64,000 bases of DNA from Utricularia gibba (Eukaryota; Plantae; Magnoliophyta). A program made the position numbers and the translations under genes. Each line of letters opens with the position of its first letter. The first letter of the stretch is position 1. Below the pieces are notes generated by a model. That model was not told where the DNA came from. It saw only the letters and a list, made by a program, of their open reading frames with translations, and made no database searches. The DNA lies in NCBI GenBank assembly GCA_002189035.1, contig NEEC01000007.1, positions 1,488,001 through 1,552,000 of the forward strand. Direction: 5' to 3'. Shown here in pieces: positions 12,802-29,000 of the stretch.

Positions 12802-15800
12802 ATGGAGACAGTAATTGACGCCAATGCCACACTTGATTACATTGAGTTTCGCATTTTCCCAGGCTTGAACAGGTTACATTCACACGTTTCACGAGTTTCT
12901 TGAGTGTATACCTGTTTATGTATCTTCAGTCAAATGAGTACTTCTTGGGACGCCTGAAAATTGGTGGACTTAAACATTTATTATTTTCTTCATGTGCAGT
13001 TTCATTAAAGAAAGATATCACTTGTTGATATTTTCTGAAAGAGCAATATGCTAATTTTTATGATTTGAATTTTGAAACTGTCCCTATCATACGTGTCTAG
13101 AACGGATGGTCTCCTATGTTCATATTCATTTCATTCTATGGCTCTTTGTAACGTATTCAATGTTATTTGTGACAAAGGTATGAGGCATGGATATACTGTG
13201 ATGATAACAAAGAGAATGTCGCATCGGGTGTTTTGGAACTTCTATTGTGGCATTCCACCGAAGCCAAGTCATTGCATTCAAAAGGATGCAACTCCAAGTT
13301 TGTCCTTAGCACTCCAGAAGGTGATAAAAATGTCAAGTGCTTTACAAAATCCACATTGATAAGGTATGCTTAGGCTTTTTATTACCTTTTTCAACTGAGA
13401 TGATTGTGGGCTGTTTTTCTCAGTCTTCAAAGCACATGTTTTGATCAAACAGGTTTCTTCAAATTCTTGGATCACCAGCTATATTGGAGGCCACCAAATC
13501 ACTGAAAACAGAGATCTTCCAGCTTGAAGAGACCCGAAATTTTCATCTCTCATTGTTTAAAAAGGTAAAACCTTCTGGATTCGCCTTGTTGACATGATGA
13601 AAAAGCCTCAACATTGATTTTCTTCATATTGCTTTGGCGCAGGGTACAGAGTGTCATGTCACGGATGAATTTGGTAATATGTGAGCGATATTTGTGTAGA
13701 GTGCAACATATTTATGTTTTCGTAGTTCATTTGTCTTCTTTTAGCAGGGAATAGCCACTCTAATGAGGCAGGCATGCCTCAAAACGTGAGTGAGCCTTTC
13801 TTTTCTCGTTTTTGTTTTCCATGGACACTCTTGAAACTTTTCTAATTTCTTGAAAAAAATGTTTTTTTCAGGCCGAAGCATCAGATTCATCCAAGTATGT
13901 TTCTCTGCAATTTTCTGTCCTGGGTAGCTATATTGCTGATCAACATGAATTGTGATCCTTTTCTATTCCAACAGGAATGAGTTGTTGCGGGCTGTGGATC
14001 TGCGGCTTTCTGCATTGAGAGGAGAACTTGTTGCTTCTTTTGACCAAGTTACTGGACCCCGTTGCTCTATGGAGGATCTGATTGATATACAAGTGCTCGC
14101 TAGGAACTTTGGCTCTGCAGACTTGAGGTGTGGTACAATCTTCTGCTATTACGATTTTCAATCTGCTGACACCAGTAAGAAATTTTGTTCCGTGCTGCTT
14201 TATATCTAGTGTCAAATTTTCACTACAGTTATCTACTACTGAAGTGTATAGAACTGAGACAACTTCCCAAGGCTGCTGTAACTTTGAGCAGCACAAAATC
14301 ATCCGATACTAAAAAACCCCGGCCGGAAGGGTCATCTAAAGATGCTCATGAATCACCATTGTCTGAACTGGAAGTAGAATATGCAGTCTCTCCTGCAAAA
14401 GCTGCGGTAGAGGAGAGGCAAAGCTCAAATGATGGTGAGAAATTATCTGTGTCCAGTGAGGAGGAACAGCCATATGTGGAAAGAAGTCGAGCTCTTGCTA
14501 GATCGTTTTCACCAAGGAGGTCAGCATCTCCAATGAAAAGGATACAGATTGGAAGATCTGGATCTCGGAGGTCTACTGCCATAGCTATTAAAAGCTTGAA
14601 TTATTTCCCTGCTAGAGACAGATCATTCATGACCAGAGATGCAGATTCAGATAGTGCTGGGGAAGAATCTGAGCGAGCAATGCAAAAACCTGAAATTAAT
14701 GTGAAGAGAATGAGTGTCCAGGATGCTATTCATCTATTTGAAAGCAAGCAAAGGGATCAAGTGGTGGGTGCTCCTAAGCTAAAGACATACGGGACAATCC
14801 CTGTTGGGCCTAATAAATCTGTACTGCGAAGATGGAGTAGTGGAGTAGTTGAGGATACATCATCCTCCCAAGACACTCTTGTTGAGCCTGCCACACAAGA
14901 TAATCATGTTGATGTAGATAGTGAAGCAAAGGCTAATGTGAAGCTTGAAAATGAAAGTATACCACTTGTTTCAGAAGACAAACCTATTGATCTTTGTTCG
15001 GATGTGAAGTTGAACTCTAGTGAAGGAGTACGTGTTTCTGATGAAATCCAAGTGGAATGTTGCTTCACTGAACCCACTGGCACTAGCGAAAGAGTAGTTT
15101 CATCATCCGAGTGGAGTCAGAAAAAGGAAGCAGAGCTGAATGAGCTGATGGTGAAGATGGTGGAAAGTAAGCCAGTGAAAAAACGAACCGTGTTTGCTAG
15201 CGCCAAGACAGCAGGGCTGCATTCTGAGAAAAAAAGTGACATTTATGACGGTTACAGGGCTAAGAGGGATGAAAAGCACCTGGAATCAGCAACTAGAAAT
15301 CTCACGGATAAAAAGAAGGGATTGAAAGCAGTGCGAAAGGTTAGTGAACCAAAAACATCACAAGTTGCTTCGGTGGTTACAAGTGATGCTGGTAAAAAGG
15401 TTATTCCAAAGAAGCTTCCTGGACAACAAAAGAACGCACTAGAACCTGCAAATAAAGCTGGAAGTGCCCAAGCTGGGATCATTAAGAAGGCAGCTCCAAA
15501 AGCGTCTTCTTTGCCTGCAACGCGCAAGTCATGGCCATCGCCATCACCATCGCCCAAGGTGACTGCTGGATCACCTGCTAAAGCTTCTGGTGTAATATCT
15601 TCAACCGGTAAAATGCCAACTCGTAGAAAATCAGAGACAACACCATCAGCTACTCACTCTAGCTCAAAAGTAGAGGCAAGCCCCGTGACGGCTAAATCTG
15701 TAAAGTCAACTCAGGTTGATCAGAAGAAAATTTCTGGGAGCGCAACTGGAAAGAAGCAGCAGTGTGTAGTAAAACCTGCGAAAATGACCGATGGCAAACC

Positions 15801-17034
15801 TCAGACTCCCTCCGATAAACTTGTTTCCCATGCCAACTCTAGCAAGGTTACAAAGAAAAATGCTGTTGTACCACTTGAACCAAAGCCATTTCTCCGGAAA
15901 GGTTCAGCAACCACCCCTGTTGCTAATTCATCCTTACACAAAGAATCACACTCTGATTTTCAGGAGCCACCAAGGAGTTCTGAAGATCAAACTTCAATGG
16001 ATAAAGCCATGCCCGTTAACAGCTGTTCTGAGCTTGCAGTTGAGAATGAAGAGGGGCCACATGCGGAATTGGATGTTGTAGTGAACGAACTGGATGCTGC
16101 TGCACGAACTTCTCAGAAATTTGAAAGGGAAGATTTTGGTTGCGTGGAACCTGTTTTTCTTGATAGCATGCAAACCACAGTGGTTGAGAATGAGTGGGAG
16201 AAAGAGAATGAAGAAGAACTTACCATCTCACCTACAGCATGGGTTGAAACAGAAGAGCCCGAGAATCATTACAGTACCTCTGTTGACTGTGTTTCGCAAA
16301 CTATAGATCTAGCAGCTCATGAAAGTGCTCTTAGCCCTCGAGTTCGTCATTCCCTGTCGCAAATGCTTCTTGAAGAGACCAATGAGCATGATGTAGGCGA
16401 CTGGGGAAATGCACAGAATCCTCAACCACTAGTCTCTGTAAAGGATGCACCAAAAGGCCTGAAGAGACTGTTGAAATTTGCTCGCAAGAGTAAAACAGAT
16501 GCTAACTCAACTAGCTGCTCCACCCCATCAGTCATTTCTGAAGGAGATGATGTTGAAGATTCAAGATTCGTGAACAACGTAAATAATGAAAAGTTACCGA
16601 GGAAAGGTACGCAACATCCAAAAAAAAGTGGGCACCAAAAAAGTGAAGCTGGTGTCAAGTCAGGTACTCACTAATCACCATTATTTCGGTACACTAGTTT
16701 TTCCAACTATACAGATTTCAAAGATGAGAGCATTCGGAAGAAATGGTTGATGGCCATGGAGCTCCCAACTTACCCTCAACATATATTCTGTTACATGAAT
16801 CGATCTCTTATCTTTCAGGTCAAGGCAACAAGAGCAAGTTCAGTGGTCAAAGTTTGCAGCGAGAGCGACCGGAGAGCAGTGCTTCTGCTACGGTAGCCGC
16901 AGTCAAAGGTTAGTAATTTGGTCTTCCCTGGTGATGCTTTTCTTACATATGATGGAAAATTCAATCCCACTTTCATCTGTCTTTCAACAGCAAGATCATT
17001 CTTCTCACTTTCCGCATTTAAAAGCAGCAAATAG
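12802..17034 (+). CDS. COP1-interacting protein 7 (CIP7)-related protein
   Basis: ATG 12802, METVIDANATLDYIEFRIFPGLNR|YEAWI...FTKSTLIR|FLQILGSP. Several small exons, then RNELLRAVDLRLSALRGEL, a long exon to ~16667 with SVQDAIHLFESKQ, VLRRWS and KDAPKGLKRLLKFARKSK, and a final exon RSFFSLSAFKSSK* at 17034. Untranslated first exon and intron upstream at ~12160-12785. Confidence 0.85.
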
Positions 17035-17303
17035 GATACTCAAGTAGAGTTAGCGTTCGGCCGGAGTTCGACTATGTTGAATTCAACGCCTTGGCTGCTT
17101 CTCGTCTTGCCATTTTCAACCATCTGGGGCAATACGACGTCTGTTTTCCTCCGCGGGAACATCGCTTGATGCATGTTGTGTAGTCATTGACTGATACCTT
17201 GGAATTTGTTTTGAAATATACAGGCTATTTGAAAAGCCAACCTTGTTGGACAATCTGAGAACCAATTTGAACGAGACATCTGACGATGAGAACCAGAAAG
17301 AAC

Positions 17304-20300
17304 TCACGGGCGTCTCTCCCGTCCTTCGCTCAAACAGGCTTCTGGGAAAATGATATCTGCATGTGAGCCATAGTGCATGGCGAGAATTGCGGCCATGCGT
17401 CTGCGCGTGGTGCGTGCAGCATTCTCACCGGCAGCCGCAGCTTGAATGGATGCCAACTTGATCAACTCATTTCCCACAGCAACATGATCCTCACCGTACA
17501 GGGTTTCCAAGATCTGCTATCACAACATGTGACAGGCGACAACTAACAAGTAGCAGGAATGGCTATGGATGGGAGAGCTGATACCTCAAGTGAAGCCTGA
17601 CAATGCTTGACTGCAGCTTGCGTTTCCCCTAACATACAAAATGCCAGTGCAAGAATATCTTCTACCTAAGTGATGTGAGAAGATGATCAATTGTAATTGC
17701 GTCTTTGATGACACAACAGAGCCAGACAGTTGGTTGAAAACCCACCTCAGCAATCCTCTTGTTTAGAGGATGCAACGTCGTCCTCAAAATATTGAGTGCC
17801 TTCACGGCATCTCTGATGGCATCAGCTGCGCTAGTGATGTCTCCACAGCCCAAAGAATCCTGCAGTCTGCCAACCAGAATGGATGTAAACGCCAGGGTGA
17901 TTCTCGCCTGTTGAATTTACCAAATGATAACAATTTTCCAGGCCAGGCTGATGATAATACCTTGCGATGTTTATGCCGGCTTTCTTTACGATTTCTCCGG
18001 ATACTTGTAAATCACGGAAACGCCCGCAGCTCAAACAATGCTCCGGCACCAAACAGTTTGAAGGAGGTGTTTGTTCAAACACCAACTGCGCAATTCCACC
18101 AATTTTCTTACTGTTCACCACACATTCCTTGATCTGTGAATGCAACTCAGAAACCATGTCAACCAAAATCAAATGATAAGTTCATCGTCATCAAAAGTAA
18201 AACTGCCATTATGCATCTCTATGGATCTTTCAAGGAGCTAATATTCAGCAAGATGCGACTAATCTAACTACCAACTTGGTGAAATACAAAAAAGTGAGAT
18301 AAATTCATCTATAGTAAGTCTGTCTCCATATGAGTGAGAACCTGCGAAGTTGATTGAATGTGTTGGAGTTTTCGTTTCTCGCACTCCACAACCGTGCTAT
18401 TCAGGACCACTCCAGAGCATCCAGGTGAATGGCAGCCATACGCACCATGAACAAGATCAGATACATTCAATTTTGAACAGCCACTACAGCAACAGATGAA
18501 TGTATACAAATCTGCTAAAAGCCTTTGTCGCTCACTGCAATCCCATTGGCCAACCTGGTAAGAATATTAAATTTCTCAAGCGAGTCCTTACCTACAGCTA
18601 ATTTTCAACAGATAAGATGATCGCAAAGCTGGTAACTGAGTCCCTGACATTCACTCAAGCTAAAGCATTGCACGCAGTTCCATTATGAAAAGCTGGAAGC
18701 TTGAACGGTCATCTCTACGAAAAAGCATGTTTACCTGAGGGCCATAAGAGAGCTCCAGCTCTGAGCCGGCGGGAATATTCTTTGTAGCCCGTATGAAGAT
18801 GGTACGAGAAAGGAAATATGCATGAATGTTTGGTTGGCATGAATGATTATATAAACTGCCATTGATGTATACAGCTTGTGCCACCTGGACCTATAAAGTC
18901 AGCAACAGCATCTCTTACAAAAAATAAGGTTTCCTCGACGAAGAATTGAAGCAGAATAAATTCACTGGTTACACAGATCGCTGAAAAATTCCGTCATTCA
19001 AAGATTTTAGTAAACCTGCTCGATGGAACTTGTTGCACCATAAAGAGGTTCCTTTTCATTCGGATGTTGTATGCGGACAATTGCCATTGAATTGACCCTA
19101 ATTTGAGAAAGAAGGATGACAATCTGCATGAAAGGAAATAATACATGAGAAGATACATGAAATCTGGAAATTTGGAACTATGATGAGAAAAGCAATTATG
19201 CAAGAACTAAAATAAAGATAAGGCTTGATTAGTATTATGCCTCAGAAACAATGGCTGGGTCCAGAGGAAGCTTAATGGCGTAAAACTGCCGAAGGCAGTG
19301 CAGAAGGATCACGGAGTACACATGAAACTCCAGTTTCTTTTCAGATGAAAGTGATCCATAACTCTGATAAAGATCCTGCATGCATACAGGGCTGTCAATT
19401 AGGTAAAATAAATAGTTTTGAAGGCAGTAACAAAGAACTAGATGTAAAACAACCAAGAAACTAGTAGAAAAACAGTTCATTCGTTTTTGTAGAGGGAGGG
19501 GGGAGGCAGCGATGGATAACATGCAGAAAAGTACCAGAATATTAGTATATTTGAGATTGAACTTGTGATTTTGTCTTTGAACATGCTTCATAAGAATGCG
19601 ACCAGCCAGAACCACGTCACGTGGCAAAACTGCTGACCAGTTCATACCTCCACATTCATGAATATGTTCAGCAACGATTTCATCTTCTGACTTGTTTCCA
19701 AGAGAGGTTACACTTCTAACATGTAGAATAAGCTCATCAGATAAGTGTTGCAAAGACGCATCATTATTCCTGAACTTCGGAAAATCTTTACCACCAGCCT
19801 GGACTAGACACTTCTGAGAGCAATATAGTGGAATAGAGCATTGCAAACATGGCAATGTATCAGCGGGTAATTCATTGAAGCATGAAGCACAGTGGGTTTC
19901 ACGACACTGCTTCAATATAATCTGCACCAATTAGAATATTAATAACAGATGCAGATGAAAAGCCTGGTTTTTCAAGCTAGAAAAAAAAAAAAGAGAGTTA
20001 AAAATGGTAATGAAAACGTAAGTAGTTCATCAACATGATTGAAAATGACACGCAAATATATTTCCTATTTTGGGAGTTTTATCAGTACCGCAGCATAAGG
20101 ATCTTCCTTGTGAATCAAAGAACCAGTAGGAATCTCTTCAGCAGAAAACATTCCTCTTCCCTTAGTCGCTGTTGAAGCACATTCAACTTTCTTTGTAGGA
20201 TATTCATCTGTGACATAACACCTACAGCATAAGAAATCTCAGAAGCATAAAAAGCTAGATAATACATGAAATAGAAAGGAATCAACCAGGGACAACTTCC

Positions 20301-21716
20301 CCATTGAATCATGAACTCCTGATTACATTGATTGAAAAGATAAAAGTATGAATCATAACCGCAACTATCCAAATTTTCAATGCATATATAAACCTCAGAA
20401 AAAAGAAAAAGACAAACCACCTAAAATGTTTTGATTTAGGGTATTCACGGTGCTGCTACATGCCACCAAATTTTGCAATAGCACATTCCGTTCATTTTCT
20501 ATCTGCCTTCTTCCAGCCAAGGATTTCTCTAAGTTTAAGGAAACATTGAAATCCCCGATTGCTTCTTCATAACTGCCCACAGAAAAATTTGCCTTGGCTC
20601 TTCTATACCAAGCCTGCAGATGAAAGATTCGAGTGTTGGGTTCAAATCCTTAATACTTCACTCTTCTCTATAAATTAGTCACTTAAAAATATAGTGCAAA
20701 AAGAAAATGCACAACAATAAACATCAGCGAAAGCTGAGTGCCTTAGAAGGTTTCAGTATTAATCAGGAGAAAGCCATGGAAAACCAGAAAAAGTCTGGAG
20801 CAAAAACTTATCAAGACTTTTTGCAGTATTCATCTATGCTTTTTCCTGCCTATCAGCTAAAATGCACTTTCGTTTTTTTCATCGATATTCATACATGGTC
20901 ATTAGACTTTATCCACTAGAAAAAGTTAATAATAGTGCCAAGGGAGCACCTTTGCATAGGCTGGAGATAATATGAGAGCTCTGTTGCAATCACGCAAACT
21001 TTCTTGAAACAATCCCAATTTCTGAAGACATGCCAAAAGCTTATACTGATATACAGAGAACGCTAACTTAAAATGATGCGTGGGAAGGATGAAGGTTATC
21101 CCCAGACGTACAAATTGAAAATTATAGCGACGTATATTTCTAAATCCTGACAACAACACATACTTGCAGTACCGAAGAACGATTGACATAAAGCGTGGAA
21201 ACCAAATTATTGTCCTTGTCTTCAGCATCAATGGGAGCAATGCGGAGAGCCTGTCAATGGTCAACCTTTATTTTTTAAAAAAAAGCCCCATTGTCCCATT
21301 AGAAGAACAACTGCCAATTTTTCGTTTCTTCATGAACTGAAAACTTAATATTGCAGCAAGAACTACAAACCTGGGAGTAAAAGCGTAGCGCACTCCAATA
21401 GTCCTCTTTGGCGAAGCATTCATTACCTTTAGCCTTGGTTTCTCTTGCAGCTTCTTTATTTTTTCCACAGAGCGCCATTTCTGGGTCCGTCAGATCTCTA
21501 ACTAGCTATATTAATCAATCATAAATCATCACAAAACTAGCTAAGGGGCAAAGAAATGCACTCACCGCGACTCTACACGAGGCCCACCTGATGAAAAAGA
21601 GGCAAGCTATCGAAAAAACTGAGCAGAGAAGAACAAGTTGACTGGAGATCATCCACATAACTCGAGAAAATCCCATCTTTTACATCATCAGGAATCACTG
21701 ATTTCAGCCGCTCCAT
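17304..21716 (-). CDS. TPR-SET-MYND domain protein (SMYD4-like, putative lysine methyltransferase)
   Basis: ATG 21716, MERLKSVIPDDVKDGIFSSYVDDLQSTCSSLL. TPR repeats (KAKGNECF...YSQ; ESLRDCNRALILSPAYAK; YEEAIGDFNVSL), MYND CASCFNELPADTLPCLQCSIPLYCSQKC, SET motif GSLYNHSCQPN...ELELSYG, post-SET FICCCSGC, C-terminus LETLYGEDHVAVGNELIKLASI. Confidence 0.88.
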
Positions 21717-22311
21717 AATAATAACAAAAAGGGTTCAAAAGAGGTTTATCGTTGAGCACGACTCCGACAAAAAAACGTCCTAGTTGCAGCAATCGCGCCG
21801 AGTCACCTATTCCCACGAGCACTTCATAAAAACTTCTGGATAATGTCGTTCGTTATTCCCTCCACTTACCTTGCAGCAATCGCGCTGGGCTCACCTACTT
21901 GCGATACTCCAAGCAAAACCTCAGGCTCGCAGAAAATTGGTAAAATGCGCTATCTTTTTGTACTGTGAAGAAAGGGGAACAACCAGCGCTACATATGCTT
22001 CATTAAATTTCAGTTGTAAAATGGTTTGGAACGACGGTTCTAGGTTTTCAAATCAGGGGTCCAACGATCCGATTAAAAAATGCCCAGATATGGACACAGC
22101 GCACTACGATGAGTTTCAAAGGTCAAATCTCAATAGCATACATCCACAACTTCTGATTATCAAATGATCAACAGATTCTATTCTTCTACAACACATGCCC
22201 ATTCTAAGATAAGTATAAATCAACAACTTCAAATGAGAAAACACGTTTACGGTGAGGTTAGAAGTAGGATGACAAGCTCCTGAAGCTCTCCCAGGAACAA
22301 AAATGCTGTCT

Positions 22312-23673
22312 TTACAATATAATCAACCTCACAATCTGCTCAAGATAACGGAATGTCTTTGTTACTTCTCTCAGGCATTTATTCTTCTCCTCCCTCGACC
22401 AGTGCTGCAATATTGACACAAAACAAACCGTTATTGCATGCCCATGATCTTTGGATGAATGTATTTGTTTTGTGTTCTGCATACTTATGTTCAACATTTT
22501 AACGGCAGAGCTGTATTGGGAAGAACATGAGCACGCAACATACATACCTCTCCAAGGGCATTTAAATTCTCACGAACCCTTCTCAACAATTCTTCTGGAT
22601 CCTCTTCCCATTTATAGAACCCCATCTCCCTTCCTTGAAAGAGTGCATTCGAAACCTGTGAAGTAGAAGTCTCAGATTTGAGCATGAAATAAGAGATGGG
22701 AAAATCTTATGCACGATCTGAAATAAGAAAATGTGTGCCAGTCCATTGCACTCCACTTTTATCAGATCAAAGAAATCTAATCGCATTTAGAACAAGCTGT
22801 ATGTGTACCTGCTTAGCTATCACCTGACCACCAATAATGTGTGAGAAGTAAATATTGTAGAAATGGCAAAGAAACAGAGGTGGGTTCTTCTCAGAAATTT
22901 CTTCCAAGTACTGAGCATATGTAGTTCCAGGAATGCTGGGATCTGGAATTGTATTACCTTGTTCTCTAAACCAGTCCAAATCCATGGAAATTAATTCTGA
23001 TCTTTCTAATCTCGTTTTTCTGAAGTAGGCATCTGAAACAGAGAAAGAAAGCAGGCTTCAATCTAACTAACTAGGAAATAAAAAACACAAGTAACGTACA
23101 TGAAACATCTCTGGATTCGTCTACAATGCGCTCAATGGTGCTGAAAACCAGTTTACTGTCCACCAAGTACTTCAAATACCCCTCCAAACTTGGCTCCCAA
23201 GTCCCATCTGATTTCTCATTTTCCTTTTCTTCCCCAATCTTTTCACCATCCTCGGCAGAGACATCTTTGATCCTTACTTTGCCACGGTTTCTCAGCTTCA
23301 TCGCCACAAATCTCATCTCCTCAACAATTCCCTTAGTCTCACCAGGGCACAGCCTCCTGTAACGCCTCCGCCTCTGCAACACCGGCGGCTGCGTCTGTAG
23401 CGTTTCCCCTTCTTCCTCAAAATCAACTTCTTCGCCAGGGTTATACTCTTCCTCTGTGTAATACCCCACATCGGGTTCAGATACAAGGACTTGTGAACAT
23501 TGCAACAGAAACGGATTTCTAGTACTTCTTGCCCCATTTTGTGAATTCGCCTTCACATTCTCCGAAATTGAGAGGAGAAATGCCGCCGAACGGACTCCCG
23601 GAAACGAGGTTTTGGGAGAATTGAAGGGCAATGACGAGTTAATAGACGTCGCCGGAGCTTGAAAGTACGCCAT
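22312..23673 (-). CDS. HO2: Heme oxygenase 2-type, chloroplastic (probably catalytically inactive)
   Basis: Four exons: 23673-23100, 23032-22809, 22655-22548, 22404-22312. Transit peptide, acidic spacer, GIVEEMRFVAMKLRN (Arg where HO1 has the heme-ligating His), FLCHFYNIYFSHIIGG, C-terminus RLIIL*. Confidence 0.92.
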
Positions 23674-24335
23674 TTCAGAAGTCTCCCGGAGCTGCCCTCG
23701 AACACAGGCCCAAATTGAATCCAACCCGAATCATCCCATCCCCCATGATGCATAATTTCTTTTGCATCATTTTTTTAATCTAATTTTTAACGAACAAAAA
23801 TCCATATATACAGAACTTGTAGCATTATTTTTTTATCAACAAATATATTTTTTATTGTTCAGTAATTTTAATAATAAGTATTCAATTCATCTTAATTAAT
23901 TTAAAAATTAAAATACAGCATATAAGATAATCTTTATAGCTAAATTTTCGCATTATTTGATATAACTAAAAATATATTAGACAAATTTTCAACATAAAAA
24001 TGGCATGTGTTTACCATTTTCCATAATTAGCAAAATATGCCTCGTCTTAATTGGCATCATTTGGACTAATATGCCCTTCTTAATCTTGCCTATAACTGTG
24101 GCATTAAAAAAATACGTTATTTTCAAAAAGGTGCGGAATTTCCAAAAATTCATCATAACGTTGTATTTCTGCAAGGCACCCAGCCACACGTTTCTCATTC
24201 CCAGAAACGTTAGGTCCATCTGCTTCCCTAAAAATCCTCCATCTCCAAGCGTTGGCATTCGTCTTGCCTTTGCAGCTTGCATATAAATGAAGCAAGTATT
24301 GCATTGGTTTTCATCAGCAGTATCAGAGATAAAAA

Positions 24336-25664
24336 ATGGGGAAGACAACATTGGCGATCGCCACTCTTTTCTTGTTCGCAGCCGTCGCTCGCTCTGCCGA
24401 TGACGAGCTGATTCCGGCGGACAAGTCGCAGTTGGAGGCCTGGTTCAAACGCAACGTGGGTCAGAAGGAACTGCTGGATCCGGCAACGGCTGAGGCTGAG
24501 AGCAATCCCACGGTGATCACCGTGAGAAAGGATGGATCCGGGAAATTTAAGACGGTTTTGGATGCACTGAATAGCGTTCCCGTCGATAACAAGCACCGGG
24601 TAGTGATTGATATCGGGCCGGGAAGCTACTATGAGAAGATAAAGATCGAGAGGAACAAGCCCTTTATCACCTTCTATGGAAGCCCGAGCGACATGCCGAC
24701 GTTGGTGTTCGACGGAACCGCCGCTAAGTACACGACGGTGGAAAGCGCCACGTTGATCGTGGAATCGGCGCATTTCGTTGCAGCCAATCTCAAAATAGTG
24801 GTAAGTATCATGACTCGTGATATATTTGTAATAAAAATCATTTGATAACATTTGGTTGGATTGATCTGTTGAAAGAATTCGGCGCCACGGCCGGACGGAG
24901 TAACTCAGGGAGCACAAGCCGCCGCCTTGCGAATCGGCGGAGACAGCGCCGCTTTCTACAACTGCAAGTTCCTCGGGTTTCAAGACACAATTTGCGATGA
25001 CAGCGGACGCCATTTGTTCAACGACTGTTACATCGAGGGCACGGTGGATTTCATCTGCGGCAGCGGCCAATCTCTCTACCTGGTAACCATAATTTTCGAA
25101 TTCAGAATCAGGACTCAGTTCAGACCCAAATCAACATTCCTTCCAACAGAACACAGAGTTGCACGTGATTCCCGGGGAGAGGATGGCCTTCATCACCGCC
25201 CAAGCAAGGAAGAAGGATTCCGATCCCGACGGTTACATGTTTGTGCATTGCACCATAACCGGAGCCGGACAAACTGCGTACCTCGGACGGCCATGGTATC
25301 CGTACGCACGTGTCGTGTATGCCTTCACGGACATGAGCGACGTCGTGAATCCGGCCGGCTGGACCCTCATCAACGATAAAAAAGCAGAGAGGTAATCACC
25401 CCTTCCATTCCTGCCTGCATGCATGGCATCGATCGCCCGTTTCCTCCATTTTGACACGTGGGTTTGGTTTGAAGCACCGTGTTCTTCGGAGAGTTCGGGA
25501 ACAAGGGACCGGGAGCGGCGGTTACCAAGAGGGAGCCTTACGGCAAGAAGCTAACCGACGCGGAGGCGACGCCGTTCATTAGCCTCGGGTTCATCGGCGG
25601 TTCGAAGTGGCTCCTTCCCCACCCAAGCTGTGAACCTGACCGGTCCGGTCCCCTTACGGTTTAG
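24336..25664 (+). CDS. Pectin methylesterase (type II, no PMEI pro-region; PPME1/PME63-like)
   Basis: Exons 24336-24800, 24876-25082, 25150-25391, 25475-25664. Signal peptide and PME motifs GSYYE, QAAAL, QDTI, DFICG, LGRPW; both catalytic Asp retained. The C-terminus is probably LLPPPKL* if one C is missing at 25617-25620. Confidence 0.94.
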
Positions 25665-25980
25665 TCCTTTAGGAGGAATCCGATTTGTAGAGTGGGGAGC
25701 GGTTGCTCCTCGGGACCGGTTGGACCTCAGAATCATGCCGGTTCAATAGCGGTTACAATAAATTACGTATTAATAAGAATTCATAGGTGAAATTATTGTT
25801 TAATACCTAAATATGACAAGGTTTGTGCAAATGTTAAATTTAATGTCGGCGTAGAATATCAAATTCTGTTAGGAGATTCTATATTGCGCCAAAGGGTGTT
25901 GTTTTCTATTTGAAAAAAATATATATTTTAACTTGGTGCGTCCTTTTTAATATAAGAAAAACTATTTCACCGTCCCCATC

Positions 25981-26004
25981 TTCATTCCATTCCATTCCAT
26001 TCCA
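25981..26004 (+). repeat. (ATTCC)n short pentanucleotide repeat
   Basis: ttcattccattccattccattcca read directly from the sequence. Confidence 0.6.
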
Positions 26005-26713
26005 ATCTTCAATAAAATTTTATAAAATATTTAATTTAAATAATTATTTTTATTCTCCATAGTATTCTCTGTCATTAATTTAACTCCAATAAAATCATTG
26101 TAAATAAAATTCAATCCAAGTTCTCAAACAAAATTTAAAATTATTTTTAGAGAATATTTTAATGAAAAAACAAAAAAGAGGAAGAGAAATCGAAGACGGC
26201 GACGAGAACCTACCCACTCCAGCGAAGCGCCCAATATCTTCTGGGTTTGGGTATAGAGAGAAAAATGTAGGTTTTGGTTTAGATTACGAAGAGTTGTTGG
26301 CTCCCGATCTGTTCTTCCTCAGTCACCACCTACACCAGCAGCCTCAGGTGAATGAATGAATATTTTTGATTGCTTCAAAGTCCTAGCCCTACGGGTAATA
26401 AGTGATCTACAGCACCGTCACCTTGGGCTAATTTGCTTACGAGGTTGCGAAATTGGATTTGCTTGAGGAATAAAAAAACGAGTCTTTATCCATTTGAAAG
26501 TGTCCACCCGGCTTGCATTCTCCGCATCTTATCACCTGTCAGCATGTGTAGGACGAACTCATCGTCTATCTGGACTAGTTCATGCGTGCCTGTATGTATG
26601 CTCTGTGGGTTTATATATGTATATATACCCAGGTCCCGTAGGGTTGGGGACGCCATCCTCTTCCTATTCCTACTTTTGGTAATCTTGGGCTGTCGTAATA
26701 ATTTCAAGTCTGA

Positions 26714-29000
<2,287 letters not shown>

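Noticed and set aside
17035-17095. GTTCGACT and nearby GTAGAG resembling tRNA T- and D-loops
   Set aside because: Spacing too short and no cloverleaf can be formed.
20630-20655. GGTTCAAATCC Pol III B-box-like motif
   Set aside because: Isolated motif inside an SMYD4-like intron with no A-box or tRNA stems.
24228-25070. 280-aa minus-strand ORF
   Set aside because: Antisense shadow of the GC-rich pectin methylesterase exons; no recognisable motifs.
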